This document shows, piece after piece, positions 21,821 to 32,694 of a DNA stretch of 55,814 nucleotides. The stretch is from NCBI GenBank assembly GCA_045656885.1, contig JAZORZ010000063.1:1-55814 (forward strand), written 5' to 3'. Each line of letters starts with the position of its first letter. The first letter of the stretch is position 1. A program made the translations under genes and the position numbers. Under the pieces are notes generated by a model. That model was not told where the DNA came from. It searched no databases and was given only the letters and a program-made list of their open reading frames with translations. Source of the DNA: Eubacteriales bacterium. GTDB lineage: Bacteria > Bacillota > Clostridia > Oscillospirales > CAG-272.

Positions 21821-24800
21821 ATGAAAGTAGGTCAAATCGTGCAAATCGTTGTGATCGCCATTTTGATTACGGCATTGGTTATTGGTAACGTAATCGTGCT
21901 CGAACCGCAAATGGCATCCAACATCACAGGCCTTCAGGCATTCTTTGAGGAGGTTCTTAACTTCCACCCGTTTGCTGTTAACAGCAGCACGATCAATGAG
22001 GCAAGAAAGGGAGGCCAGGAGCTCTCCGAGCAGATCATTCAAGAGGGAAGTGTTCTTGTTAAAAACAACGGTGCTCTCCCGCTCGCACTTGATGCCGCTT
22101 CGCAGGTCAACGTATTTGGCCACGCGGTTATCGACTGGGTACACGGTGGCTCAGGTTCCGGTCAGGTTCTTCCCGAAAACAACAACCCCGCCGAAAACAT
22201 CGACTTTTTGGAGGCGTTGGAGCTATACGGGGTTGCCTACAACCAAGATCTTATCTCCATGTATCGCAAATTTGCTCCCGCATTTGGCGATATTGGCTCT
22301 ATTAACAACAACTACGATGCATTCTATCGACTTGCAGAGCCCAGCATCTCCGACACCAACCATTATACAACTGCGCTTTTGAACAATGCAAAGAGCTATT
22401 CCAACACGGCATTTGTTGTAATCGGCCGCCACGCAGGCGAGACCGAGGACCCGACCAGAGTGCAGTACAAGGTCGGTGCAAAGAGTGCAATGGATACAAG
22501 CCGCCACTATCTTGAGATCTCCACCGAGGAAGAAGAGATGCTCAAGTATGTTGGCGAAAACTTTGAAACGGTTATCGTTATCATCAACTCCACCAACGCA
22601 ATGGAGCTCGATTTTGTAGATACCATTCCCGGCATCGATGCCTGCTTGGTAGTCGGTGCTACCGGTACAAAGGCGGCAAAGGCGATTCCTTCCGTTCTGT
22701 ATGGCGAGGTTTCTCCCAGCGGTCGCTTTACCGATACCTATGCTTATGATATGGCAAGCAATGTAAGCTTTAAGCGCACGAGCTCTCAGGGCATCGGCCA
22801 CTATACCGGTGCTGCGGATATGTACCCCACGGGTGCCGGCAGTAACGCAGGCGGAACACGCCGCGATGCTCCCGCATTCATCGATTACATCGAGGGCGTT
22901 TATCTTGGCTACAAATGGTACGAGACTGCCGACGTTGAGGGCATTTGGGCAAACTACTCCAGAGAGATCCTTGACGAAAACGATAACAAGATCACCGTAA
23001 CGGGTTATGAAAGCGTGGTTCAGTATCCCTTTGGATATGGACTTTCCTATACATCTTTTGAGTGGACGGTAGAAGCACTCTCTATTCCCGACGGCTCCGA
23101 GATCAACCGCGAGAGCGAGATCACCATCACGCTGTCTGTCACCAACGTTGGTCAGGTAGCGGGCAAGGACGTTATCGAGGTCTATCTCACCCCCGAATAT
23201 AAGAGAGGGGAGATCGAAAAGGCGCACGTCAATTTGGTTGCCTTTGCAAAGACGGGTGTGATCAATCCCGGCGAAAAGCAAACTCTCACCGTCTCTGTTG
23301 ATGTAGAGGACCTCGCTTGCTACGATGCATACGACCTCAACCGCAACGGCAACAAGGGCTATGAGCTTGACTCCGGCTCTTATCAGCTCAAGCTGATGAC
23401 CGACTCTCACAACGTTAAGACCGTTAACTTTACCGGTGGTGCTTCCGGCACCCCGGGCATCATTACATACAACGTATCCGAAACCATCAATTTCCTGATC
23501 GACAACGTAACCGGAAACCCCGTAACCAACAAGTTCACGGGTGAGGACGCTATCGACGGTGTAAGTCTTGACGGCAGCGACAGCGGCCAGAACATCGGCT
23601 TTATCTCCCGTGCGGCATTCCCCGATCCTTACGAGATCGCAGACGTTGCCAACAGAGAGATGGCGGATAACGTAAAGGAATTCAACCAATACACCAAGGA
23701 TCAGGCAAGTGAATGGGATAATGCCGCAACCGACATTTTCGGCGTTCCCGTTAACAACAACTCCGTTACCTGGGGCAAGAGTGCGGGCAAGATCGAATAC
23801 GAAGGCGTTACCTACAACAAGAGCGGCAACGCACTGATTTACTCGAACGGTAAGATTACCGAGCTCGGCCTGTTGCTCGGCTCGGATTACAACCACCCGT
23901 TGTGGGACGTTGTTCTTTCCCAGATTACCTTTAGCGAAGCAGTAGAGCTCATTCACGCAGGTAACTTCGGTAATGCAGCGCTTCCGTCGGTAGGTAAGCC
24001 CAAGCTCACCGACCACGACGGTCCTTCTCAAGTTCGTTCCTTTAACGCAGGAGCACAACGCGGCACCGGCTTCCCCTGCACCACCGTTCTCGGTCAAACC
24101 TGGAACCCGTCGCTCGCTTACAGCTTTGGTATCAACTACGGCAAAGAAATGGGCGTTCAGGGTATCGCAATGGACGGCACCTACGGCTTTGGCGCAAACC
24201 TGCACCGCAGCGCGTGGGGCGGACGTAACTACGAGTATTTCTCCGAGGACGGCTTCCTCGCAGGCACCATGCTTGCAGAGCAGGTACGCGGTCTTACCAA
24301 CACGGGCAAGTATTGCTACCTCAAGCACCTCGTTCTTTACGAAACCGAGCACGAGCGTGACTCGATGTATACCTGGTGTACCGAGCAAGCATTGCGCGAA
24401 ATTTATCTCAAGCCCTTCAAAAAAGCAATTCAGGACGGTGGCTGTGTAGGCATTATGTCCTCCTACAACCGCATTGGCAACGTTTGGACGGGCGGTAGCG
24501 AAGCCCTCATTCAAGGTGTTATCCGCAATGAGCTTGGCTTCAAGGGTACGGTCGTAACCGACTACGTTGACGGCTGGTCCCGTGAATACATGTCTATTGA
24601 GGATGCGGTTCGCGCAGGCGGCGACATTAACCTCGGTCAAAGAACCAACGCGCTTGATACCGGCTTTGATGCGACTAACCGTATTCAAAATCAGGCAAAA
24701 GAGGTCTGCCACCACGTTTTGTATATGTTCCTTAGCCCCCTTTATGCAAACAATCAATACAACGAAAACGATGACGTAGAGCAGATCACCGTAGGTTCTG

Positions 24801-25051
24801 TTATCGAGCCCTGGATCTGGTGGAAGCTTGCACTCATCGATCTTGATATCATCGTAGGCGTTGCCTGCATCTATTGGTTATACTTTATCCTCCGCAAAGT
24901 GGTCATTCGCAAGAGAGCCAAAAAGCTTGCCGCGAGTGGACCCGTTGACACAGATCAGCTTGTAACTGCCGGTGCAACAGAAGTTGTCACAGAGGCAGAA
25001 CCCATCGAGGAAGGAAAGACAAACGAGGACGAACAGTCCGACCAAGAGTGA
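21821..25051 (+). CDS. Membrane-anchored GH3 beta-glycosidase (C-terminal/Fn3 domains first, TIM barrel second)
   Basis: EGSVLVKNNGALPL, YPFGYGLSYTSF, DGPS, GGRNYEYFSEDG, KHLVLYETE, IMSSYNRIG, VVTDY, with N- and C-terminal TM helices. Confidence 0.9.
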   Translation: MKVGQIVQIVVIAILITALVIGNVIVLEPQMASNITGLQAFFEEVLNFHPFAVNSSTINEARKGGQELSEQIIQEGSVLVKNNGALPLALDAASQVNVFGHAVIDWVHGGSGSGQVLPENNNPAENIDFLEALELYGVAYNQDLISMYRKFAPAFGDIGSINNNYDAFYRLAEPSISDTNHYTTALLNNAKSYSNTAFVVIGRHAGETEDPTRVQYKVGAKSAMDTSRHYLEISTEEEEMLKYVGENFETVIVIINSTNAMELDFVDTIPGIDACLVVGATGTKAAKAIPSVLYGEVSPSGRFTDTYAYDMASNVSFKRTSSQGIGHYTGAADMYPTGAGSNAGGTRRDAPAFIDYIEGVYLGYKWYETADVEGIWANYSREILDENDNKITVTGYESVVQYPFGYGLSYTSFEWTVEALSIPDGSEINRESEITITLSVTNVGQVAGKDVIEVYLTPEYKRGEIEKAHVNLVAFAKTGVINPGEKQTLTVSVDVEDLACYDAYDLNRNGNKGYELDSGSYQLKLMTDSHNVKTVNFTGGASGTPGIITYNVSETINFLIDNVTGNPVTNKFTGEDAIDGVSLDGSDSGQNIGFISRAAFPDPYEIADVANREMADNVKEFNQYTKDQASEWDNAATDIFGVPVNNNSVTWGKSAGKIEYEGVTYNKSGNALIYSNGKITELGLLLGSDYNHPLWDVVLSQITFSEAVELIHAGNFGNAALPSVGKPKLTDHDGPSQVRSFNAGAQRGTGFPCTTVLGQTWNPSLAYSFGINYGKEMGVQGIAMDGTYGFGANLHRSAWGGRNYEYFSEDGFLAGTMLAEQVRGLTNTGKYCYLKHLVLYETEHERDSMYTWCTEQALREIYLKPFKKAIQDGGCVGIMSSYNRIGNVWTGGSEALIQGVIRNELGFKGTVVTDYVDGWSREYMSIEDAVRAGGDINLGQRTNALDTGFDATNRIQNQAKEVCHHVLYMFLSPLYANNQYNENDDVEQITVGSVIEPWIWWKLALIDLDIIVGVACIYWLYFILRKVVIRKRAKKLAASGPVDTDQLVTAGATEVVTEAEPIEEGKTNEDEQSDQE

Positions 25052-25127
25052 TTCCCACAAAAAGTTCTTTTGTTCTTACCCAATCGAAAAAACAAACAAA
25101 ACTACAAATACGGAGGAAAAGTAGAAT

Positions 25128-27236
25128 ATGAATAAAAAGAAGATCGCAAAGATTATAGAGATCGTTCTATTGGTTGCCGGTATTCTTGCAACCGTAGCGG
25201 TCGTTATTGCCATTCCGCTCAAATCCTACCGCGAGTACGCAGAGTATTTTGCGTGGATCGAGGAAATGAATAAGCCGGAAATCAAACCTGTTCTGGAATC
25301 CATCAGTGTTGAACTAAAAGAAGATGTCAAGTATTTCAAAAACGATTTGGCAGAGCCCAAGGCAAGCGATTTCCTGGTAACGGCAAATTATACGCTTGAC
25401 GGCGTACCTTACAGTGAAACAATTGAAGAGGGCAAGTTTAGTTTTACAACCGAAAACGACTTTTATTCGGTTGGCGGTGACATAACCGTTACCTATAAAA
25501 ACAAAACCGCGGTATTAAATATTGAACTCATTCCCATCAAGCTCGAATCCATCAGCGTGGCAAAAGCGCCCTACAAGGTGCGTTATCAAACGGGTTCCAC
25601 CTTTGATGCAGAGGGCTTGGTACTTACCGCCCATTATAACGACGGCTCAACCCAAACCATTCCTGCCGAAAAATACGCGGTAGATGCTGAGGAGCTCACC
25701 CCTGCCGACAGTTCGGTAAACGTTAGCTACACCGAGGGTAAAGAGACCAAAACCGTGGCAATTTCGGTTATGGTGTTTGACGTTTTAGAAGACGGAGCGG
25801 TTGTTGCTATCGTTCTTACGGGCGATGCTATCGTACAGTCGGGCAGCAAGCTTGCCGACACTGATATGGAAATCAGTGCTATTTATGAGAGCGGCAACAG
25901 AAAGCGTTTGGGCAAAGAGGAATACACTGTTTCTACCGGCAACACCGTTGCAAATCTTGGTAAGGCATATACTATATCTGTTTCCTACAACGAAAACCCC
26001 ACCATTTCGCTTACCACCGGTGTTATCGTTCGCACCACCGTTCAAGGTGAAAGCGGCATTATCGTTGGCGGTAACAGCAACACCGAAACCGAATATGCCG
26101 TTGTAGATGGTGTTATCACCAACCTTGGAAAGAACGTTTCCTTTGCGGGCAACTTCGGCAAAACTGTTCTCAACGGCGGTGAGGGCTCTCTCACCATTAC
26201 CGTAAACTCCGAGTCTGCTATCGTTGGTAACATTACTATGCGTTGCGGCAACAGCTATTGCTGCTTTGTAAACGGTGCAAACAAGAATGACGGCTACCGT
26301 ATGTTGCCTTTGCAAATTAACACCATTCTTGACCTGACCGTAAACGGCAAAGAGGTTGCCATTCCCGACAGTGTCGTTCTCAAGGGAACCGACATTCACA
26401 AGGATTACCAACCACTGTACAGTATTTACTATGAATTCACCTTTGAAAACATCGCACTCGATGCGGGCACAAACACTATTAAGGTTAGTTTCAAAAACAG
26501 CACAGCAGGTGCCATGACTTGTTGGAATGAGTCTCCCTCTACCCTCAACATCGACTACGTCAACGTTGATGCCGTTGGCAATGAGATTCCCGACAGTTTC
26601 GACATAGAGCAAATCGAGCTTTCTCCCAACTACACCGTAGCGGTAGGCGGCAAGCTCACAAACATCAAGCCCCCTGTTGTTGCAACACTTTCCAACGGTA
26701 CCAAGGTTTTGGTTTCGTCCAATCTCTTCAACTATGAGGTCAGTGGCGGCAAAGAGGGCGCAACCGTTACCGAATACGGCAAATATACGGTTACCGCAAC
26801 CTTGAAGTCTAACCCCGAAGTCAAGGCAAGTCGGGAGATTGAATTTGTCGGTATTAAGGTTCTCCATGCGAGTGTTGAACAGCAAGGCGACAGGGTTTAC
26901 TACGTATTCAGCGGTACTTCTTACGGCTATACCGCCGAGGATTTGCAATTCTTCGACAACGCAAAGCTTTACGATTTGATTGTCGAATTTACCGGCAACA
27001 CGTTCACGTTTAAGATTGACGTCACCCTGCTTCCTGTTGGAACAACTATTTATCCTCACCTGCGTGTAAAGGGTAGTGTTTACTACAACGCTGCAAACAG
27101 TAACGGTGACATCAGAGGCAACGGCCTGAAATTTGAAGGCGGACAAAATGTTACCCTCAACGGTCAAGTTTACACAATCACCAGAGAGTATGAGATGCCT
27201 ACCCTCAAGATAACCGCCGCACCCGAAAGCAACTAA
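25128..27236 (+). CDS. Membrane-anchored extracellular protein with bacterial Ig-like (Big_3-like) repeats and a CBM-like beta-sandwich
   Basis: N-terminal TM. LESISVAKAPYKVRYQTGSTFDAEGLVLTAHYNDG is a Big_3-like repeat. IALDAGTNTIKV...NIDYV is CBM6/35-like. Confidence 0.7.
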   Translation: MNKKKIAKIIEIVLLVAGILATVAVVIAIPLKSYREYAEYFAWIEEMNKPEIKPVLESISVELKEDVKYFKNDLAEPKASDFLVTANYTLDGVPYSETIEEGKFSFTTENDFYSVGGDITVTYKNKTAVLNIELIPIKLESISVAKAPYKVRYQTGSTFDAEGLVLTAHYNDGSTQTIPAEKYAVDAEELTPADSSVNVSYTEGKETKTVAISVMVFDVLEDGAVVAIVLTGDAIVQSGSKLADTDMEISAIYESGNRKRLGKEEYTVSTGNTVANLGKAYTISVSYNENPTISLTTGVIVRTTVQGESGIIVGGNSNTETEYAVVDGVITNLGKNVSFAGNFGKTVLNGGEGSLTITVNSESAIVGNITMRCGNSYCCFVNGANKNDGYRMLPLQINTILDLTVNGKEVAIPDSVVLKGTDIHKDYQPLYSIYYEFTFENIALDAGTNTIKVSFKNSTAGAMTCWNESPSTLNIDYVNVDAVGNEIPDSFDIEQIELSPNYTVAVGGKLTNIKPPVVATLSNGTKVLVSSNLFNYEVSGGKEGATVTEYGKYTVTATLKSNPEVKASREIEFVGIKVLHASVEQQGDRVYYVFSGTSYGYTAEDLQFFDNAKLYDLIVEFTGNTFTFKIDVTLLPVGTTIYPHLRVKGSVYYNAANSNGDIRGNGLKFEGGQNVTLNGQVYTITREYEMPTLKITAAPESN

Positions 27237-27353
27237 CACAATTTTTCCAAGGCCTCAACCCGCGGTGGGTTGGGGCTTTGGGGGCTATTGATCCCTGATA
27301 CAATATCAGAAATGACGTGACATTCTTTACATTCCGATAAACGGAGGTGCGAT

Positions 27354-29774
27354 ATGAAAGCACAAGAACAAATTAAAAAACTCTCGCTTGAAGAAAAGGC
27401 GGCACTCCTGCAAGGCAAGACCGTGTGGACGACCTATTCCTTTGAGCACGCCGATATTCCCGAGATCTTCATGTCCGACGGCCCTCACGGTCTTCGCAAG
27501 CAGGCGGGGGCTGCCGACCACCTTGGCTTGAATGCATCTGTTCCCGCAACCTGTTTTCCCACTGCGGCGGGCATGGCGAACTCTTGGAACTTGGAGCTGG
27601 CCGAGGAGCTCGGTCGCGCTCTGGGCGAGGAAGCCGCGGCAAACAACGTACACGTTGTTCTCGGCCCCGGACTGAACATCAAGCGCAGTCCTCTTTGCGG
27701 CCGTAACTTTGAATATTTCTCTGAGGATCCCTACCTTGCCGGCAAAATGGCGGCGGCATACATCAGGGGTATTCAGTCAAACGGTGTGGCGGCTTGCCCC
27801 AAGCACTTTGCCGTCAACTCACAGGAGCTGCGCCGTATGGCAATGGATTCGGTTCTTGACGAGCGTACCTTCCGCGAGATCTACCTGACGGGCTTTGAAA
27901 TTGCAGTTAAAGAGGGCAGAGCAAAGAGCATTATGTCCTCTTACAATAGAATTAACGGCACCTATGCCAACGAAAACGCACACCTGCTCACCGACATTTT
28001 GCGCGATGAGTGGGGCTTTGACGGCTTTGTTGTAACCGACTGGGGTGCCGACAACAACCACACCGAGGGCGTGAGAGCCGGCTCTAATTTGGTTATGCCT
28101 GCTCCGGGAGCGGACTGTGCACTCGGTTTGCTCAAAGACCTCGCCGAGGGAAAAATCGAGGAGAGCGTTCTCGATGCGCGCCTTGCGGAGTTGCTTGGCG
28201 TTGTCAATTCTACCACCGAGGCGGTTGCCAACGCGCCCAAGACCTTTGACACTGACGCCCACCACGCCCTTGCAAAAAGGTGTGCCGCCGAGAGCATCGT
28301 GCTTTTGGAGAATGACGGAATTTTGCCTCTTGCAAGCGATGCAAAGGTAGCTGTTATCGGTGATTTTGCAAAATCCCCTCGCTATCAGGGCGCGGGCTCT
28401 TCGCAGGTCAACCCTACCAAGCTCGATAACCTTTATGACTGCTTAAGCAAAGAGGGCATCGAAATTACCGCATACGCCCAAGGGTTTGACCGCCGCAATC
28501 CAAATCCCGATCAAAAAATGATCGACGAGGCAGTTGCTGTGGCAAAGAACGCCGAGACCGTTTTGCTTTGTGTAGGACTTGATGAAATTCTTGAGTCCGA
28601 GGGCATGGACCGCTTACACATGGAATTGAGCCGCTCGCAACAAGAGCTTATCAAAGCTGTTTGTGCGGTCAATACCAACGTTATTCTCGTTCTTTCCGGA
28701 GGAGCTCCCTTTGTAATGCCCGAGAGAGAGCTCTACCGCGCGGCTATCCACGGCTACCTTGGCGGTCAAGCGGGAGCGGGTGCTATGGTCGATGCCATTC
28801 TCGGCAAAACCAACCCATCGGGCAAGCTCAACGAAACCTGGCCTCTCTCTTTGGAGGACGTTTCGGCAACGCCTTATTTCCCGAGCCGCGAACGCAATGC
28901 CGAGTACCGCGAGGGACTTTATATCGGCTACCGCTATTTTGAAAGCGCGGGTGTTCCCGTGTGCTATCCCTTTGGCTACGGCTTGAGTTATACGAATTTT
29001 GCGTATAGCGATATAAAGGTGGACGACAAATCCGTCAGCGTTACCGTTACCAACACGGGCGAGCGCGATGGCGCCGAGGTGGTACAACTTTATGTTTCTT
29101 GCGAGGATAGTAAGATCTACCGTCCCGAAAAAGAGCTCAAGGGATTTGCAAAGGTATTCCTTGCGGCAGGTGAGAGCCAACGTGTCACCATTCCGTTCGA
29201 CGATAAGACCTTCCGTTACTTTGATATCGCCGATAATGCATGGGCAATCGAGGATGCAGATTATGACATCTGCATTGCCAAGAACGCACACGAGGTCGTT
29301 CTTTCGAGTGTGCTGCACGTAGCAGGCAAAAAGGCGAACGATAACGCTCCTGCATGCTATAAGCGTGCGGATATCAAAGAGGTATCCGATGGTGACTTTG
29401 AGGCGCTTTTGGGTCACGCTATTCCCGATGGCAAATGGAGCGGTGAAATTACCGAAAACGATGCTCTGTGTCAGCTTTATTATGCAAAGGGTGCGTTTGC
29501 GCGTTTCCTCTATCGCGTTCTGACCTCTATCAAGGAAAAGGCAGATGCCAAGGGAGAGCCGAATTTGAACATCATGTTTATTTACAACATGCCCGTTCGT
29601 GCAATGGCAAAATTCTCTAACGGAATCGTATCCAAAAAGATGGCCGAGGATATTTTGTTTATGATCAACGGACACTTCTGGCGCGGACTTGGACGCTTGA
29701 TTGTAGACTTCTTCAAAAACCTGAAAAATGCTTCTGCCTTCAAAAAGGCACTCAAAAAGGCAGAGGATCAATAA
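27354..29774 (+). CDS. GH3 beta-glucosidase, cytoplasmic
   Basis: SDGPHGLRKQ, GPGLNIKRSPLCGRNFEYFSEDP, KHFAVN, VVTDWG, YPFGYGLSYT. Confidence 0.92.
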   Translation: MKAQEQIKKLSLEEKAALLQGKTVWTTYSFEHADIPEIFMSDGPHGLRKQAGAADHLGLNASVPATCFPTAAGMANSWNLELAEELGRALGEEAAANNVHVVLGPGLNIKRSPLCGRNFEYFSEDPYLAGKMAAAYIRGIQSNGVAACPKHFAVNSQELRRMAMDSVLDERTFREIYLTGFEIAVKEGRAKSIMSSYNRINGTYANENAHLLTDILRDEWGFDGFVVTDWGADNNHTEGVRAGSNLVMPAPGADCALGLLKDLAEGKIEESVLDARLAELLGVVNSTTEAVANAPKTFDTDAHHALAKRCAAESIVLLENDGILPLASDAKVAVIGDFAKSPRYQGAGSSQVNPTKLDNLYDCLSKEGIEITAYAQGFDRRNPNPDQKMIDEAVAVAKNAETVLLCVGLDEILESEGMDRLHMELSRSQQELIKAVCAVNTNVILVLSGGAPFVMPERELYRAAIHGYLGGQAGAGAMVDAILGKTNPSGKLNETWPLSLEDVSATPYFPSRERNAEYREGLYIGYRYFESAGVPVCYPFGYGLSYTNFAYSDIKVDDKSVSVTVTNTGERDGAEVVQLYVSCEDSKIYRPEKELKGFAKVFLAAGESQRVTIPFDDKTFRYFDIADNAWAIEDADYDICIAKNAHEVVLSSVLHVAGKKANDNAPACYKRADIKEVSDGDFEALLGHAIPDGKWSGEITENDALCQLYYAKGAFARFLYRVLTSIKEKADAKGEPNLNIMFIYNMPVRAMAKFSNGIVSKKMAEDILFMINGHFWRGLGRLIVDFFKNLKNASAFKKALKKAEDQ

Positions 29775-29800
29775 ACCTTTGAATGATTAAAATTATGACT

Positions 29801-30901
29801 ATGAAATACGACTATTTAATCGTTGGTGCCGGATTGTTTGGTGCTACCTTTGCCCAAAAAGCAAAGGAGGCGGGCAAAACGGTGCTGGTTATCGACAAAC
29901 GCCCTCACGTGGGCGGCAACATTTACACCGAGGAAATAGAAGGAATTGCGGTACATAAGTACGGCGCGCACATTTTTCACACCAACGACCGTCGCGTGTG
30001 GGAGTACGTCAACCGCTTTGCCGAGTTCAACCGTTATACAAATTCGCCTATGGCGAACTATTACGGCGAGCTCTACTCCTTGCCCTTTAATATGCTCACC
30101 TTTAACAAGATGTGGGGTGTTGTAACCCCTAACGAGGCAAAGGAAAAGATCGAGGAGCAAAAACGAGAGAGTGGCGTTGGCGAGCCCAAAAACCTCGAGG
30201 AGCAAGCCATCAGCTTGGTTGGCACCGACATATACGAAAAGCTGATTAAGGGATATACAGGGAAGCAATGGGGAAGACCCTGCCAAGAGCTCCCTGCGTT
30301 TATCATCAAACGTCTGCCCGTTCGCTTTACTTACGACAACAACTACTTCAACGCGCTCTATCAGGGCATTCCTATCGATGGGTACACTGCAATGGTAGAA
30401 AAGATGCTTGATGGAATCGAGGTGCGCCTCGACGTTGATTATCTTGAGGAACGCGATGCGTATAATAACATCGCCGATAAGGTCGTTTATACGGGAGCAC
30501 TCGATGCTTACTTTGATTACTGCTATGGACCCTTGAATTATCGCAGTATCCGTTTTGACGTCGAGGTGCTTGACACCGACAACTATCAAGGCAATGCGGT
30601 CATCAATTATACCGATGCCGAAACGCCTTACACACGCATCATCGAGCACAAGCATTTTGTGTTTGGCACACAGCCCAAAACGGTCATTTCGCGTGAGTAC
30701 AGTCAGGAGTGGACGCCCGGCATCGAGCCCTATTATCCCATCAACGACGATGCCAACAACACCCTGTGCGAAAAATACAAGGCGTTGGCAGAAAAAGAAG
30801 AAAAGGTCATTTTTGGCGGTCGCCTTGGGCAATACCGCTACTATGATATGGATGCGGTGATACTTTCCGCTCTGGATGCCGCAGAAAGAGAGTTTGCATG
30901 A
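29801..30901 (+). CDS. glf: UDP-galactopyranose mutase
   Basis: YDYLIVGAGLFG, HKYGAHIFHT, GYTGKQWG, YTRIIEHKHF, EPYYP, GRLGQYRYYDMD. Confidence 0.95.
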   Translation: MKYDYLIVGAGLFGATFAQKAKEAGKTVLVIDKRPHVGGNIYTEEIEGIAVHKYGAHIFHTNDRRVWEYVNRFAEFNRYTNSPMANYYGELYSLPFNMLTFNKMWGVVTPNEAKEKIEEQKRESGVGEPKNLEEQAISLVGTDIYEKLIKGYTGKQWGRPCQELPAFIIKRLPVRFTYDNNYFNALYQGIPIDGYTAMVEKMLDGIEVRLDVDYLEERDAYNNIADKVVYTGALDAYFDYCYGPLNYRSIRFDVEVLDTDNYQGNAVINYTDAETPYTRIIEHKHFVFGTQPKTVISREYSQEWTPGIEPYYPINDDANNTLCEKYKALAEKEEKVIFGGRLGQYRYYDMDAVILSALDAAEREFA

Positions 30902-31914
30902 ATCAAAAATTATTAACCGTTACCGTGCCTTGCTACAATTCCGAGGCGTATATGAGAGGTTGTGTCGACAGTCTCTTGGTAGGTGGCGAACGTGTGGAGA
31001 TCATCATTATTGACGACGGCTCCACCGATGCCACGGGTGCCATTGCCGATGAATACGCAAGTGCATATCCCACCATCGTTAAGGTCGTTCACCAAGAGAA
31101 CGGTGGACACGGCGAGGGCATCAACCAAGGCGCAAAGCACGCCACGGGCATCTATTTTAAGGTGGTCGACAGTGACGATAAGATGAGCGAGGATTTTCCC
31201 GCTTTCCTTGATGCACTCGAGGCATGCGAGCGCGAGGGTGGCGTTGATATGGCGATAACGAACTATTATTACGTTCACACCGACGGCGAAGGTGACCGTT
31301 CCATCGATTACTCAAGCGTGCTCCCCAAAAATCGCATTTTTGAGTGGAAGGATACCAAACGCTTCCGCCTGCACCAAATGCTCACCATTCATTCCAGCAC
31401 CTTCCGCACCTCCCTTGTCAAGGCGTGGGACGAGCCCCTACCGCGCAAGATCTTTTATGAGGATAACCTCATGATCTGCAAGACTCTGCCGCGCGTCAAG
31501 AAGCTGTATTATTTCCCGCACGATCTTTACCGTTATTGGATCGGTCGTCCCGACCAATCGGTGCAAGAGGCAGCTGTGATCAAAAGATACACGCATCAGC
31601 TGCTTGTCAGCGAAAAGAGCTTTATTGCCTGTGACCTCGATAACATCGAGGAGCCGATGCTCAAAAAGTATCTGGATCACGAGCTGTTTATGCTCTTTGG
31701 CATTGCTGTTATGTTCGCACGCCTGAACAAGAGCGACGAGGCAGATGCCAATCTTGAACAGATGTGGGCGAATTGCAAAAAGCATAACCTCAAGTGGGGC
31801 AGGCACTATCGCAACCGTACCCCCCTTGCCATTATTTGTTTGAAGGGCAAATTCGGCCGCTCTGTGGCGATTTTCTTCTATCGAATTGCCAATAAGATTG
31901 TACGTTTCAATTAA
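30898..31914 (+). CDS. Glycosyltransferase family 2
   Basis: VPCYNSE, IIDDGSTD, HQENGGHG, KVVDSDD. Confidence 0.92.
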   Translation: MNQKLLTVTVPCYNSEAYMRGCVDSLLVGGERVEIIIIDDGSTDATGAIADEYASAYPTIVKVVHQENGGHGEGINQGAKHATGIYFKVVDSDDKMSEDFPAFLDALEACEREGGVDMAITNYYYVHTDGEGDRSIDYSSVLPKNRIFEWKDTKRFRLHQMLTIHSSTFRTSLVKAWDEPLPRKIFYEDNLMICKTLPRVKKLYYFPHDLYRYWIGRPDQSVQEAAVIKRYTHQLLVSEKSFIACDLDNIEEPMLKKYLDHELFMLFGIAVMFARLNKSDEADANLEQMWANCKKHNLKWGRHYRNRTPLAIICLKGKFGRSVAIFFYRIANKIVRFN

Positions 31915-31919
31915 AAAAG

Positions 31920-31952
31920 CAACCGCACACACGAGAGCCGTGTGTGCGGTTG
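31920..31952. terminator. Bidirectional terminator
   Basis: CAACCGCACAC...GTGTGCGGTTG between convergent genes. Confidence 0.7.
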
Positions 31953-31979
31953 TTTATTTGGGGCCGTTTTTTGCATATG

Positions 31980-32564
31980 TCATGCATTTTCGGCACTTTT
32001 TGTGTTGCTTTGACTATCCTTAAAGATGATTTTGTTTACAAAGAAGAAGACGATCATTGAGACTCCGCCTTGGATGAATGTGGTGAGAAGGTTGTAAATC
32101 ACGTCGGGCAGAAAAGCGACCGCTACTCCCGTCCAAATGCTGTTGATTGCGTTGACGATTACGGTAATGACACACCATGCAACAAAATAAATCGATCCCT
32201 GAAAGACGATATTGCCGTTACTGCGGAAGGTGAATTTTCTCTGCATAAAGAAGTTAACGACCTCGCAGACGAGAGATGCGCTGTAAAATGCTACAGTGTA
32301 TGCAAGGCCGCCAACCAATTCGTCGTATCCGACGATTTGGAAGTTAAAGTTCTGACCGAACAGTGTGAGGGGAAGGTTAGGCCACCCCCAAGTCTCGGTT
32401 CCGAGGAAGGAAGCGAAAGCAGGTGTAAGGAACGTCATAAATAGCGCTCTCAAAAGGGTAATGAGGTTGCTGATGATGATGAAAAATCCGCCTTCGCGTA
32501 CCCACACCGAAAGCTTAGGATGCTTTAGGGCAAAGTTAGCCCACAGCTGCTTGATTTTTTGCAT
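31980..32564 (-). CDS. GtrA-like membrane protein
   Basis: 4 TM segments with VNFFMQRKFTFRS and FFVNKIIF, the GtrA-type motifs. Confidence 0.7.
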   Translation of the reverse strand: MQKIKQLWANFALKHPKLSVWVREGGFFIIISNLITLLRALFMTFLTPAFASFLGTETWGWPNLPLTLFGQNFNFQIVGYDELVGGLAYTVAFYSASLVCEVVNFFMQRKFTFRSNGNIVFQGSIYFVAWCVITVIVNAINSIWTGVAVAFLPDVIYNLLTTFIQGGVSMIVFFFVNKIIFKDSQSNTKSAENA

Positions 32565-32694
32565 ATGACACCTCCAAAGGGTTTTATGTATTCATTATAC
32601 CATATATTTCTAATAAAGAAAAGCCCTTTTTTTCAAAAAATGTGCTTTTCTTCAAAAAAAGAGCGCCCACCCGTGTGGACGCTCAACTTTTGTT

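Noticed and set aside
22223-24757. Long antisense ORFs (844 aa here; also 10007-11830, 25785-27239, 37059-38597, 4278-5486)
   Set aside because: In-register shadows of well-supported genes, caused by codon bias. No RBS or recognisable motifs.
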